Part shown: positions 28,988 through 39,814 of the stretch, in pieces
Numbering within the stretch: position 1 is the stretch's first letter
Layout of the letters: each line of letters opens with the position of its first letter
Assembly: GCA_026413325.1 (NCBI GenBank)
Contig: JANZYW010000003.1
Coordinates: forward strand, 1-62,317
DNA: 62,317 nt
Origin: Bacteroidia bacterium
Lineage (GTDB): Bacteria > Bacteroidota > Bacteroidia > SpSt-205
Direction of reading: 5' to 3'
The notes under the pieces: model-generated
What the model was told of the DNA's origin: nothing
The model's input: only the letters and a program-made list of their open reading frames with translations
The model's database searches: none
Translations under genes and position numbers: made by a program

Positions 28988-29035
28988 GTAGAAATAATAG
29001 CTATTTTCTTTCCTCTTCGCATCAGGGCAGACAGA

Positions 29036-32000
29036 TTATGGGATACCCCCTACAATAATCTGTTGAGAACTCGTCGTCCCATACAAAGTCGGGTCATACA
29101 AAGCCTCCACACTTACAGAAGGAAGCGCATACCTACCCGCATGGACGACCTGGATAGGAATCTCAAACGTAGCCTTCCTGTCTGTCAAAGTAAGATAATA
29201 CAAGAGTCTGTCTTCCCGTCTGTCCACATACACTACCTCTGCCCCACGAACGGGAGATTCCTCTACTCCAGAAAGAAGGCGAGGATTATCTGCTTGCCAT
29301 CCTGCCGGTAAGGGGACGGTAACCGCTATATTGGCTGCTGGGAGAGAGAGCTCTTCTCGAGCATGAATCTGAAGAACCCAACGAAAGCGTCTCCCGACTT
29401 CTATTTGAGAAAAGGAGATGGCCTTGCTACTTCCTTCCGCCTCCCAGGTAGAATGCAAACGCAGCCCCTTTTCTTGCGCAGGCTGAGTAGCCAAAGGAAG
29501 GCCTTCCGCTATCACAGCTACATACAGAGGGCCCATCCCCTTTACGTGTCGGATACGACACATTTGTCCTGCTAAGGGAGCCACCTCATACCCCTCTATC
29601 GTTTGCTGAGGGGAGAAACGCTTCTCTCCTACCTCGATGAGAGCAGCATACGGTTTACTTTTTGCTACTCCGATAGCGGCTAAGACCAACCAGGCAGCTT
29701 CCTGGGTAGAAAGGTGAGATAGACGAGATGCTAAAAGTGTCCGCGCATCCTGATTGACTGTAGATACTCGATGCTCGGGGGGCACTTGGCTTTCCGCATA
29801 AATCCATAAAGCCTGTTCTCGGTAATGAGAAATGAGCTCTCCCCCTAGTTGGCGCGTCCATTGCACATCCTGAACGGCAGGTTTTGGGAGGGGTAACTTT
29901 AGCTGAGCGAAAGCGCCTCGCCACAGAGATCGTATCACAGGGTCAGCTATCTTCTCTACCTCTGTGATAGAGGGCATACTCGCTTTCACCTTTTCACCCA
30001 TTACTTGACTCAAAAGCAAGGCTCGATAGGCCTGGGTCCGACTAGAAGGGGCATAAGCGGGAAGCAGCGCAGACTGATAGGCTATCGCTTTATCCAGGAG
30101 AGGCTGTACTTCCGTATATCCAGCTTTTTTGGCTTCATGTAAGAAGTGGGTCACATACACACTTAGCCAGCCATCCGCATTGCCTCCTGGCCAGTAGGAA
30201 AAGCCCCCTTCCGATGTATGGAGTGCTTGTAGAAGAGTGATAGTCGCACGAATCCGTGCACGCAAAGTGTCATCAGGTAAACCAGTTATGGCCTTCAGCC
30301 ACTCACCAGCCATGAGAGCAGCAAAAGCCTGAGAAGTAATCTGCTCTCCACATCCATGGGGAAATTTCATAAGTTCCCATAAGGGACCTGCTAAGGAAAG
30401 TCCCTCTATACTTCCTACCACGAGTCGCACCCGACGAGTGGGCGGAATGTACATCTCTCCAGGGAGAGAGAAGGTCAGGCTGTCTCCTGGAGAGAGGGTA
30501 TAAACCGAAAATACTCGCTGCGGTGCCTCAGCAGGTCGGATGCGTATCTCTCTCTCTTGCACACGCTGCCCCTGAACGACAAGGGTCACTTTTACTCTCC
30601 CGAGAGGAGCCGTAGCTCGGACATATATTTTTTCTACCGACTGTACATGGGGAGCAAGGGAAAAAGCTCCCGAGTAGCGAGAAAGAGACACCCCGGCACC
30701 TTCTACCGAAAGCGTCCAGGTACCTTGTTGAACCGCTCCTGTTGTATTTCGTAAGCGCAAAGGCATCTCCACCTCATCTCCTCCACTGAGAAAGAAGGGA
30801 ATACTCAAACGAGCTACTACCGGGAGAGCTACCGTCGTATGAGCCTCTCCCATGCCAAAGCGATCCTCTTCTAAGACATAGGCTCGCCAACGAAGACGCC
30901 CTGTGAAAGCAGGTAATGAAACTTCCACTTGTACACTGCCTTTGTTATCCGCTTGAAGGTCCGGCCAGAAAAACGCAATAGCCTTCTCCTCTACTTCTGA
31001 TAACCCTAAAAGCTCCGGGGAAGGGGCCTCAGCGGTACGCTGTTCTGAATCTCCTCCCCCGACAGTTCGAGGACCCCACGGCGCACTGTATGGAAGCTGC
31101 TCGGAGACTCGTAGCCCATAGGCTCGTTTCTGATAGAAGAAATCATATGGGCTACCCACCTCTCCCCGCTGAAGGGCGAGAAGCCCCTGATCGACACCAG
31201 CCAAAACAATACGAGAGCCAGGCCTCCCCGTTCGCACCTGTAGCACGATCTTTTCTCCAGGAAGGGCTCTTTCGGGAGCCTGTACCTCGACAGAAAGCTT
31301 TTTATCTGGAGACTCAACAGGGATGTATATGAGACCCCGAGAGACTCGAAAAGGAATCTTATTTCCCGCTTTATGGATAGCTAAAGCATGCACGTAGATA
31401 CCGGGCGCATAGCCCTCTTTCAAAGGAAATCGAACCTCTGCTACCCGATTCTCAGAGCGTACCCATCGACTCCACAGAACCTGGTCTCGCTCTACAGTTA
31501 CAAGGACTCGACCTTCTACTGGCAGTTTGAGTAGTAGAGCAACCTCTTCTCCGACCGAATAGGAACTTTTCTTCTGAGGGGTAAGTTCTACCCACCCTTC
31601 TGGATCTCCCTGCAGGCTTACATCCCCTCCATACTCCCAAGCTTCCACCCGTTGCACGGTGGGATACAGCTGTTCAGGACCCCAGAGGCGGATTTCATAC
31701 TCTCCCGACCGAGGTGTGAAAACCAGTTGCCCCTCCCCTCTCTGTAGTTCTACTTTTCCGCTGTAGTAGAGCCGCTCGAGAGGTTTATATTCATGTCGAA
31801 GGCTCCCCCAAGGTGTTTCCACGATCAAAGGCTCGTAGATACGCTCCCAAACTTCGACTCGGACACTCAAAGATGCGGTAGCCTGCTTGAAAGTCTCCCG
31901 TTGGAGGGCTCGAATCGGCACAATCACAGGAGTTCCCCCTTCTACGAAGCTCGGCAACCGCTTCATCCCTACGAGATAGGGCTGTGTCATCTGGGGGAAA

Positions 32001-34282
32001 GTTCGCACCACAGGATTAGGCCTCCCTTCATCATCTCTCACTTGTGCCTGGAGTACGACCTCCCCATAGCCCCACCCGATGGGAAGGGGGAAAGGCACAG
32101 TCGCCACTCCGCGAGCGTCTGTGATAAAAGGAATCTGCCGCCGAAAAGACCCCAAAGCAGAATCGGGCACCTGTACCTCCCACACATACCCTGCTGCGAG
32201 CTCTCCTGGAGGGGGCAAAGAACGCCACCGTATTTCCATTTCCCCCTGGAGACCTGCCCCCACTGCACCATAGAAAAAGGCGGACTGGAGCGTCGCATCA
32301 AGAACCTGTTCTCTCCTCTGGACCTGGATAGCAACACTCAGACGATTCGGTCGAAAAAACTCCACCTGTAAGGTGAGCTGGCCTATCAGTTCTTCTCCTT
32401 TTTCCCCCTCCATAAGAGAGGTTTGCCGGAACACTTCCCAGTTGTAAAGACCAGTAGGGGCAGACAATGGGAGAAGATGACGCCAAACCCACCTTCCCTC
32501 CTTATTTTTAGGAAGAGGGCCTTCCCATCTCGTCTGTCCCCGAGGATCTCGCAACCTCCCCCACAAAGGGATAGGTTGGTCAGGGTAACGCACATCTACC
32601 TTTCGTAGAAATCCTGCGATTATGATTTCCTCTCCGGGGCGGAAGAGCGTACGACCCGGCTGCATATACACCAGCCATCCTCCTCGAGAAGGCTGGACAC
32701 CCTGTGTTTCAAATGCCCATCGACCTGGACGCAACAGCCTTAGGGAAAGATAGTTCACCTCCCCTCCCCATTCCGCCCATATGCCTTCTGCATCTATCCC
32801 TTCGGGTAGAGCGAATGTAGCTTGTCCCTGTCTATCCGTCTTTCCCGCAGCCAACTGCTGACCGGCTGGTCCCCATACTTGTAAGCTTACACTGGAAAGA
32901 GGCTCTCCCGTTTCTTGATGGACAGCCCAGAGAGTTACCTCCCTTTCCCCTCTTCGAGCCAACAGAGCATAATGACCTACCACGATCCAGGTCCGTAAGG
33001 TGGTCCAACTTTCCTTTCCCTGAATCTCCACATAGTACATCCCGGGGGGAAGGTCTTCCCCCAAGCCATATACCGTCTGGCCTTTTACTCTTAAGCGAGG
33101 AAGAGCTCGAACAGGAATTTTGGCTTTCCGTATAAGCTGGCCGTAGCTCTCCATAGGGGTATCCCCTCCCCACCAGTCATATGAGAGATCCCACCAGGGA
33201 CTATCTGACTCCAAAGGATAGTTGGTCCATAAGTCTTCTGCTTTCTGACGAAAGAAAAGACGCGCATTTTGAGGGAAAATACGCCAAATCGCCAGTTGAA
33301 CCTCCTCAGAACCATCCGAATAAAAGAGCAGGGGGGTACCAGGAGGCAGAAAATGTACGTAGGGATGATACCAGGCCAGCTGGGCATTTCCAGGAGGCGT
33401 GAGCAGGAAACTCTGCGTATCGGAGAGCCTTTCTCCTTCTCCTGGGAAGCCAGCTAACACCTCTACCCGAAAGGAAGTGAGAGGCCGCTCCTGAAGGTAT
33501 AGATACACATCGATCCCTTTCACTTCGACCGAAAAAGGAAGATAATTCCCAATCCGAATGTACGAAGAAAGGACTTCAGGAGGAAGCTGTAACCACCTAT
33601 TGAGACGGAGACGGACACGCAGCTGTCCTCCTTCTTCCTCTGTAGATATCTCCCGGACCGCTAATCCCGGGTACGGAGGCATAGCATATTTCCCCCCTTG
33701 GATCTCTATTCCCTCTTCCATCTTTCCGACTACTTGCAGCTCCCCGACCGAAGAGGGTGGAACTAACAAAGCCTCTCTTTTAGAAATCCACAACCATTCC
33801 ACAGAAAGGGGAGAGCCATCGACGGCGCGTACAGAGGAGCATATCTGAGCAGAGTCGAGCGGACCGTTTGCACGGGCGAGCAGAGCAGGTTGCAAGGAGC
33901 CATCGTAGTAAGGCTGCTTGTCTATCTCGACCCGAAGCGGCTGTACAGGCAACTCTATAGTACCCCGTAGGCCCGTCCCTTCTACTGCCTCTATCCGATA
34001 GGTCCTGCCCGCCTCCAAAGGAGATCCCGTAAAAACCAGAACCGCATCTTCCCCTATCTGACGATGAGAAAGCTCTTGTCCTTCAGGCCCTAACCGAAAC
34101 AATACAGAAGGCAACGGAAAAGGTAATGGACCTTTGCAGCGAACGACAAAAGCCTGCGAACCGGGTGGGATACCAACCCGTGCCGCAGGAACTTCAAAAT
34201 TAGCCCGTCGCTTCCCCCAGAAAATAGTGGCTAATCCCAAGAAAATCAGTCCGAAGAAAACGTAGAGAATTTCCCTGCGCAT
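29036..34282 (-). CDS. Bacterial alpha-2-macroglobulin family protein
   Basis: MG-domain motifs (RTLFRPGE, VEFFRP, VDQGLL), thioester motif PHGCGEQ, GGFSYWPG and C-terminal VEALYDP; N-terminal TM anchor. Confidence 0.93.
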   Translation of the reverse strand: MRREILYVFFGLIFLGLATIFWGKRRANFEVPAARVGIPPGSQAFVVRCKGPLPFPLPSVLFRLGPEGQELSHRQIGEDAVLVFTGSPLEAGRTYRIEAVEGTGLRGTIELPVQPLRVEIDKQPYYDGSLQPALLARANGPLDSAQICSSVRAVDGSPLSVEWLWISKREALLVPPSSVGELQVVGKMEEGIEIQGGKYAMPPYPGLAVREISTEEEGGQLRVRLRLNRWLQLPPEVLSSYIRIGNYLPFSVEVKGIDVYLYLQERPLTSFRVEVLAGFPGEGERLSDTQSFLLTPPGNAQLAWYHPYVHFLPPGTPLLFYSDGSEEVQLAIWRIFPQNARLFFRQKAEDLWTNYPLESDSPWWDLSYDWWGGDTPMESYGQLIRKAKIPVRALPRLRVKGQTVYGLGEDLPPGMYYVEIQGKESWTTLRTWIVVGHYALLARRGEREVTLWAVHQETGEPLSSVSLQVWGPAGQQLAAGKTDRQGQATFALPEGIDAEGIWAEWGGEVNYLSLRLLRPGRWAFETQGVQPSRGGWLVYMQPGRTLFRPGEEIIIAGFLRKVDVRYPDQPIPLWGRLRDPRGQTRWEGPLPKNKEGRWVWRHLLPLSAPTGLYNWEVFRQTSLMEGEKGEELIGQLTLQVEFFRPNRLSVAIQVQRREQVLDATLQSAFFYGAVGAGLQGEMEIRWRSLPPPGELAAGYVWEVQVPDSALGSFRRQIPFITDARGVATVPFPLPIGWGYGEVVLQAQVRDDEGRPNPVVRTFPQMTQPYLVGMKRLPSFVEGGTPVIVPIRALQRETFKQATASLSVRVEVWERIYEPLIVETPWGSLRHEYKPLERLYYSGKVELQRGEGQLVFTPRSGEYEIRLWGPEQLYPTVQRVEAWEYGGDVSLQGDPEGWVELTPQKKSSYSVGEEVALLLKLPVEGRVLVTVERDQVLWSRWVRSENRVAEVRFPLKEGYAPGIYVHALAIHKAGNKIPFRVSRGLIYIPVESPDKKLSVEVQAPERALPGEKIVLQVRTGRPGSRIVLAGVDQGLLALQRGEVGSPYDFFYQKRAYGLRVSEQLPYSAPWGPRTVGGGDSEQRTAEAPSPELLGLSEVEEKAIAFFWPDLQADNKGSVQVEVSLPAFTGRLRWRAYVLEEDRFGMGEAHTTVALPVVARLSIPFFLSGGDEVEMPLRLRNTTGAVQQGTWTLSVEGAGVSLSRYSGAFSLAPHVQSVEKIYVRATAPLGRVKVTLVVQGQRVQEREIRIRPAEAPQRVFSVYTLSPGDSLTFSLPGEMYIPPTRRVRLVVGSIEGLSLAGPLWELMKFPHGCGEQITSQAFAALMAGEWLKAITGLPDDTLRARIRATITLLQALHTSEGGFSYWPGGNADGWLSVYVTHFLHEAKKAGYTEVQPLLDKAIAYQSALLPAYAPSSRTQAYRALLLSQVMGEKVKASMPSITEVEKIADPVIRSLWRGAFAQLKLPLPKPAVQDVQWTRQLGGELISHYREQALWIYAESQVPPEHRVSTVNQDARTLLASRLSHLSTQEAAWLVLAAIGVAKSKPYAALIEVGEKRFSPQQTIEGYEVAPLAGQMCRIRHVKGMGPLYVAVIAEGLPLATQPAQEKGLRLHSTWEAEGSSKAISFSQIEVGRRFRWVLQIHAREELSLPAANIAVTVPLPAGWQADNPRLLSGVEESPVRGAEVVYVDRREDRLLYYLTLTDRKATFEIPIQVVHAGRYALPSVSVEALYDPTLYGTTSSQQIIVGGIP

Positions 34283-34339
34283 GCTTAAAGGTACGCAAAT
34301 ATGTCTTTCTAATAAGAAAATATGTAAGTTTGTAAAGTT

Positions 34340-37300
34340 ATGAAAAAGGTATCTCTGTTGGGCTTGCTACTTTTCTCCTGGATTTCAGCTCAGAATGCAT
34401 GGATTCGGTGCGGGACGATGCAACATGACAGCTTGATGCGGGCTCTCTACCCAGACTGGCCTAAGCTTGAAGAGTACGAGCCTTACCTACGAGACAAAGT
34501 ACGAGCTATCAAAGCACTCTACGAGAATGCCCGTGTGATAGGGGGCGTCTATCGGATACCTGTAGTGGTCCATGTCATACACAACGGAGAGGCGGTAGGG
34601 AGTGGAACTAATATTCCCGACCAAAATATCTTGGACCAAATAGAGGTACTGAACGAAGACTTTCGCCGCTTGGCAAATACCCCTGGTTGGAATGATGACC
34701 CTCGCGGAGCCGATACCCGGATAGAATTTGTTCTGGCCAAACGAGACCCGAATGGGAACCCGACCACAGGTATCGTCCGCTGGAATCGCAATACTCAAGG
34801 GTGGCCAGCCCCCCCCTATAATACGGGCACCATGGATGGCACCATCAAACCCGCTACCCAGTGGGACCCGAATCGATACTTTAACATTTGGGTCGCTCAT
34901 CTTTCCGGAGGTCTTTTGGGGTATGCGCAGTTTCCCGATGCTTCCAGTCTATTAGGAATGCCAGGGGACGATGGAATGGGGGCTCCGGCTTGCGCCCAAG
35001 CAGCAAATACCGATGGGGTAGTTATTCTATACAGCGCATTTGGTTCAGCTCGGAAAAATTCCACTGGCTTGAATGCCCCTTACCACCTCGGACGGACTAC
35101 CACCCATGAAGTAGGTCACTGGCTGGGCTTGCGTCACACATGGGGAGATGGAGACTGCAGCGTAGACGACTTTTGCGATGATACTCCTCTTTGCAATGGC
35201 TCCCAATATGGCTGCGCAGCTAATCCCGCTTCTTGCACGCCGGGCGTGCGGCGAATGATAGAAAACTACATGGACTACTCCGATGATGGGTGCATGAATA
35301 TTTTTACGTTAGACCAGGCCCTTCGGATGCGGGTCGTGCTGGAATACTGCCCTCGTCGGCGGTCTCTTATCACTTCTCCAGCTCTTGTTCCCCCAGCGAC
35401 CACCGATGCCGCTCTCATCGACCTGCCTCTCCCGCGAGACCTCTGCCCTGGTACTTATAATATCGCCACGGTCCTCCGAAATAACGGAACTGCTAATCTC
35501 ACTTCCATACCTGTCGCATACCGTCTAAATGCGGGGCCCTGGCAGACGCAAACCTGGACTGGGTCGCTCGCTGGAGGCGCCACTACCACGTTCAATCTCA
35601 CAGGAATCGATCTCAACACTCCAGGAGAGTATCTCCTCACTGCTTGCACCAATTTGGCAAGTGATCCCGATCGCACAGAAGATACCACGGCTACCCGTAT
35701 CGTCATACACAACGGGTTCTATCCCCTCTTCGAAACATTCGAGCACGGCTGGGAGGGGCAACCTGTGCCCTCTAACTTGTGGCGGGTAGTGAATCCAGAC
35801 AACGACTGCGTCACGTGGCGTCCTGGCCACTGCGTAGGTAGCAATGGACAACGTACCATTGCCATGTTCATGAATTGCTGGGCCTATAACCAGACAGGAC
35901 GAAGAGATGAGCTCTACACACCTATCATAGACTTAACAGGGGCTCCTGGCACCGTCCAGCTCCAGTTTGACGTGGCCTATCGTCGGTATGACAACAGCAG
36001 CAACGATGAGCTCCGAGTCGAAATCTCGACAGATTGCGGAAACACCTGGAGCACTACCCCCATCTTCCAGCAAGCAGGGGCCACTTTGGCGACGGGAGCT
36101 AATACAACTGCTCGATTCATCCCGAGTGCTGCTGGGGAATGGCAAAATCGGGTAGTCAACCTCTCCGCCTATACAGGACAGCGCATCCGACTCCGTTTCG
36201 TGACCATAAATGGTTATGGAAATTGTATATGGCTCGACAACGTCCGCATCACTCATCAACCGATCGTCTTTTGGCAGGATACTGGCCAAGTAATCCGAGA
36301 GGAGCTCACCTGGACCCCTCTGGCAGGGGACTGTAGGCGATACCGAGATATATCTATCCCCGTCCGCATTTCATCTGCTCCCACCAGTAATGTAACGGTA
36401 TCCGTATCAGCCGCTCCCTCCAGTACGGCAAGAGTAGGTGTAGACTTCGCCATCCTCACTCCGACCCTCACTTTCCCCGCTGGAAGTACCACCCCTCAAA
36501 ACGCTATCATACGGGTGTTCGAAGACCAAGCTATAGAACCCACACGTGAGGCAGACCTGGCCATAGCCATCACCAGCGGCCCCGCCTCTGTAGCCGATAA
36601 CCGCCGAGTGCATCGCCTCTGGGTAGAAGACAACGACTTTTTCCCTCCTGAAGTCATCCTCTGGCAGGAAAACTTCGAAACAGGTACAGGAGGCTTTACT
36701 CAGCTCGTGGTCACTGCAGGAACCAACGAATGGAGGCGCGGCACAGGCGCAACCATGGGCTCTGGCAACTCCCTTTACATTACTAACAATCCCAGCGGTT
36801 CTCCTCCTCCGCATCAATACGCTACAGGCTCCACCAGCCGAGTCGCTGCGGTCTCCCCCTCTATCAATACAACAGACGCGACAGATCTGCTTTTAGCCTT
36901 CGACGTGCTGGTCGGAGGGGAGTACACTTCTCCCACCTTAGAAGATTTTGGACGCCTTTTTTACTCTACCACGTCGGCGACCACCGGCTTTCAACCTATT
37001 ATAGGCTGCGCCTGGGCTAACAACACCTGCGCACTGGGAAGTATGCTTCGAGGGCAAAGCCTCTATGGGTATCCTGGTGTCGTGCGACGCTTGTATGTCC
37101 CTCTCCCCACCGCTACATGGAACCAACCGAACTTATGGCTCGCCTGGCGATGGGATAACAACGGGGATAATCAAGGCACACAACCTCCTCTCGCTATCGA
37201 CAATATCGTCTTATACGGTCGGAGAACCCCTCCCATCGAAACCACATTGGCAAACACAGTCGTATACTTTGGCCCAGGAGATTCCCTCTATGCATACAGT

Positions 37301-38014
37301 AGCACAGACGGAGACCTAATCCTCCGCCTGGTAAATAGAGGCAATGCAGACTACGGGTGCACCCAAGTCCAGGTCGACCGAACGGGTACTAACGCACAAG
37401 CGCTGCGCCCCGGCCATCTCCCCGCCGAATACGTCACAGATAAAACTTTTCGGGTCATCCCTACCTATGACATAGCTAACCCTTATCACATTACCCTCTA
37501 TTACACAAACGCCGAGGTAACGGGATACCAAACCACCACGGGAGTCTCTTGGAATACAGGCCCCTATGTCGTCAAAACCAGTGGAAGTATCGCCTCTGAG
37601 TTCACCGCTCCCGTACCTACGTATTCTATGAGTTCGAGCCGAGCAGTGGGTACGTATGGCACGACCGGCAGATGGATATGGGGGCAGTTCAACACCTTCT
37701 CTGGCTTCGCTGCAGGGTCTCCTCCCCCTCTTGCTTACCGAGAAGAGACAAGCTCTCCCCCCGAAAAGTATTTACAAGGCTTTCATGCAGCATCCCCCTT
37801 CCAAGATGTGCTTCACTTTTCCGCTGAAGAGGCCTTTCTTACCCTCCGATTGCGAAGCCTGACAGGCACGGTCCTATGGGAAGCCTCAGGACCTTATCAG
37901 CCCGGCAGATATGCTCTTGCAGCTCCGAACCTCCCCGCAGGTTTATACCTTATAGAGTGGGTGGGAACGGGAAATACCTCGCTCGCTCATCAAAAGGTAC
38001 TACATCTGCCCTAA
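34340..38014 (+). CDS. T9SS-secreted M43 (pappalysin/ulilysin-like) zinc metalloprotease
   Basis: Signal peptide, RCGT Cys-switch, IPVVVHVIH, HEVGHWLGLRH zinc motif and NYMDYS Met-turn; beta-rich accessory domains; CTD LPAGLYLI...KVLH. Confidence 0.9.
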   Translation: MKKVSLLGLLLFSWISAQNAWIRCGTMQHDSLMRALYPDWPKLEEYEPYLRDKVRAIKALYENARVIGGVYRIPVVVHVIHNGEAVGSGTNIPDQNILDQIEVLNEDFRRLANTPGWNDDPRGADTRIEFVLAKRDPNGNPTTGIVRWNRNTQGWPAPPYNTGTMDGTIKPATQWDPNRYFNIWVAHLSGGLLGYAQFPDASSLLGMPGDDGMGAPACAQAANTDGVVILYSAFGSARKNSTGLNAPYHLGRTTTHEVGHWLGLRHTWGDGDCSVDDFCDDTPLCNGSQYGCAANPASCTPGVRRMIENYMDYSDDGCMNIFTLDQALRMRVVLEYCPRRRSLITSPALVPPATTDAALIDLPLPRDLCPGTYNIATVLRNNGTANLTSIPVAYRLNAGPWQTQTWTGSLAGGATTTFNLTGIDLNTPGEYLLTACTNLASDPDRTEDTTATRIVIHNGFYPLFETFEHGWEGQPVPSNLWRVVNPDNDCVTWRPGHCVGSNGQRTIAMFMNCWAYNQTGRRDELYTPIIDLTGAPGTVQLQFDVAYRRYDNSSNDELRVEISTDCGNTWSTTPIFQQAGATLATGANTTARFIPSAAGEWQNRVVNLSAYTGQRIRLRFVTINGYGNCIWLDNVRITHQPIVFWQDTGQVIREELTWTPLAGDCRRYRDISIPVRISSAPTSNVTVSVSAAPSSTARVGVDFAILTPTLTFPAGSTTPQNAIIRVFEDQAIEPTREADLAIAITSGPASVADNRRVHRLWVEDNDFFPPEVILWQENFETGTGGFTQLVVTAGTNEWRRGTGATMGSGNSLYITNNPSGSPPPHQYATGSTSRVAAVSPSINTTDATDLLLAFDVLVGGEYTSPTLEDFGRLFYSTTSATTGFQPIIGCAWANNTCALGSMLRGQSLYGYPGVVRRLYVPLPTATWNQPNLWLAWRWDNNGDNQGTQPPLAIDNIVLYGRRTPPIETTLANTVVYFGPGDSLYAYSSTDGDLILRLVNRGNADYGCTQVQVDRTGTNAQALRPGHLPAEYVTDKTFRVIPTYDIANPYHITLYYTNAEVTGYQTTTGVSWNTGPYVVKTSGSIASEFTAPVPTYSMSSSRAVGTYGTTGRWIWGQFNTFSGFAAGSPPPLAYREETSSPPEKYLQGFHAASPFQDVLHFSAEEAFLTLRLRSLTGTVLWEASGPYQPGRYALAAPNLPAGLYLIEWVGTGNTSLAHQKVLHLP

Positions 38015-38139
38015 AAGTTTCTGTTCTTTTCCACCCAGGACGGCTCCGGCAGTCTCTGCTTTTCCTCCTTTAGCCTTACTGGAACCAGCAAAAGGAGCTG
38101 CCCGAACCCGAGATACACTTCTACCCGTCCAGAATATAT

Positions 38140-38805
38140 TCAGCGCAGATCAGCCCAGGAATCCCTCTCAAGACGACTGTCTCTCAGGAAGACTGCGAGG
38201 CCCCATCCTACTCCAAATCCGCCGACATGTGCCCAGAAAGCCACTCCAGAAGCCTCACCCATCATCCAGTTCAAATACCGGTCGACTACCCCCTGCACCA
38301 CCTGCAAAACAAACCACAATATCAAGAATACCCGAGCTGGAAGGCTGGTGATGAACCAGGGAGGCACCCAAGTCAGGATCCGAGCTCTGGGATAGAGGGA
38401 CAGATAAGCTCCCATCACTCCCGATATGGCTCCCGATGCTCCCACTACAGGTACCTCTGAAGTAGGATACAGAAAGGAATGCAGAAGCACCGCACCCACA
38501 CCAGCAGCAGCATATAACAATAAATACCCCAGCTTACCTAATGCTTCTTCTATATTGTCCCCAAAAACCCACAGCGTCCACATATTGAAAAGAAGATGAG
38601 CCCAGCTTCCATGCATGAACATAGAGGTAATGGCCCTTTCAAGCGAGAATCCCAGCGCAGGAATATACCCCAGCTGATAAAGGGCCTCCTCGAAAAATAC
38701 CCCTTCCTGATAGTGCTCTATAAAAACCCAAGCATTGATAGCTATGATCATGCCCGTCAGGAGAGGAAAAGCACGAGACGGATTAATATCACGTAGGGGT
38801 AGCAT
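38140..38805 (-). CDS. Rhomboid-family intramembrane serine protease
   Basis: MLPLRD start, FMHGSWAHLLFNM, VGASGAISG (catalytic Ser) and VAFWAHVGGF (catalytic His). Confidence 0.93.
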   Translation of the reverse strand: MLPLRDINPSRAFPLLTGMIIAINAWVFIEHYQEGVFFEEALYQLGYIPALGFSLERAITSMFMHGSWAHLLFNMWTLWVFGDNIEEALGKLGYLLLYAAAGVGAVLLHSFLYPTSEVPVVGASGAISGVMGAYLSLYPRARILTWVPPWFITSLPARVFLILWFVLQVVQGVVDRYLNWMMGEASGVAFWAHVGGFGVGWGLAVFLRDSRLERDSWADLR

Positions 38806-38911
38806 CGCAGTATGCACAAAATAATACCTTTTCCTTCTCTTGAGAACCACGACGGGAGCCGTTTCCTCTCGCTCTCCCCAAGCGTTTATGGTCCTTCGGT
38901 GCGCTCCGGAC

Positions 38912-39814
38912 TCAACCTACAGAGGTTGAGGAGAGGAAACTATCTATCCTCTCCTGCGCAAGTCTTACATACGTCGGGTTATTCTCGTAGCCTACATAAT
39001 AGCGTCCGGCTTTCAAGCTGGCTATCGCGGTCTGACCGCTTCCCATAAAAGGGTCGAGCACGATTTCCTGCGAAAAAGTATACAGTTGAATCAACCGATA
39101 CGGTAGTTCTAAGGGAAAAGGGGCGGGATGCCCTATCTTTCGTGCAGATTCAGGACGAATACGCCACACGCTTCGGGTACACTCCAAAAATTCATCTCGA
39201 CGGATAGTATCTTTTCTACCCAAGTCCTTTTTCCGCTAATAAGTACCTTTCGAAAAAATGAGAATATACTCATGCTCATCCCGAATGATAGGATTTTTAG
39301 CCGACATCCAAGAACCCCATGCCGTAGAAGAAGCTCCTCCCCCCTCCTTCACCCAGATGATTTCTCCCCGCATAAGAAATCCCAGTTCTAACATATCCTG
39401 GATAACGAAAGCATGTAAAGGAATATATGGCTTCCGTCCGAGATTGGCGAGATTGATACATGCACGCCCACCCGGCACAAGTACTCTATACACTTCCTTC
39501 CAAACCTGCCCAAGGAAGCGTCGATACTCCCCAAAAGACCTGTCTTCATCATACTCCTTCCCCACATTATAAGGAGGAGAAGTCACCATGAGATGAATAC
39601 TATTATCGGGGATTTCCTCCATATGGACAGCAGACTTACAGAAAATCTGATTGCGCAGCGTGAAAGGCAAACTTACCTCGGAGACATCTGCAGTAGTGAA
39701 ATTATAAGCCGCTGCATAACTGGCGATAAATTTCCGGGCATAGAAACGACGAGCGTCATGCGTCACCTTTTCTGACGCACCAAAAGAACTGGTGGAGGTG
39801 GATTTCTTTCTCAT
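38912..39814 (-). pseudogene. N4/N6 site-specific DNA methyltransferase interrupted by one in-frame TAG
   Basis: TSPPY motif IV in the 5' part; HPAPFP and LDPFMGSG in the 3' part. Both parts are in the same frame, separated only by TAG at 39236-39238. Confidence 0.8.
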
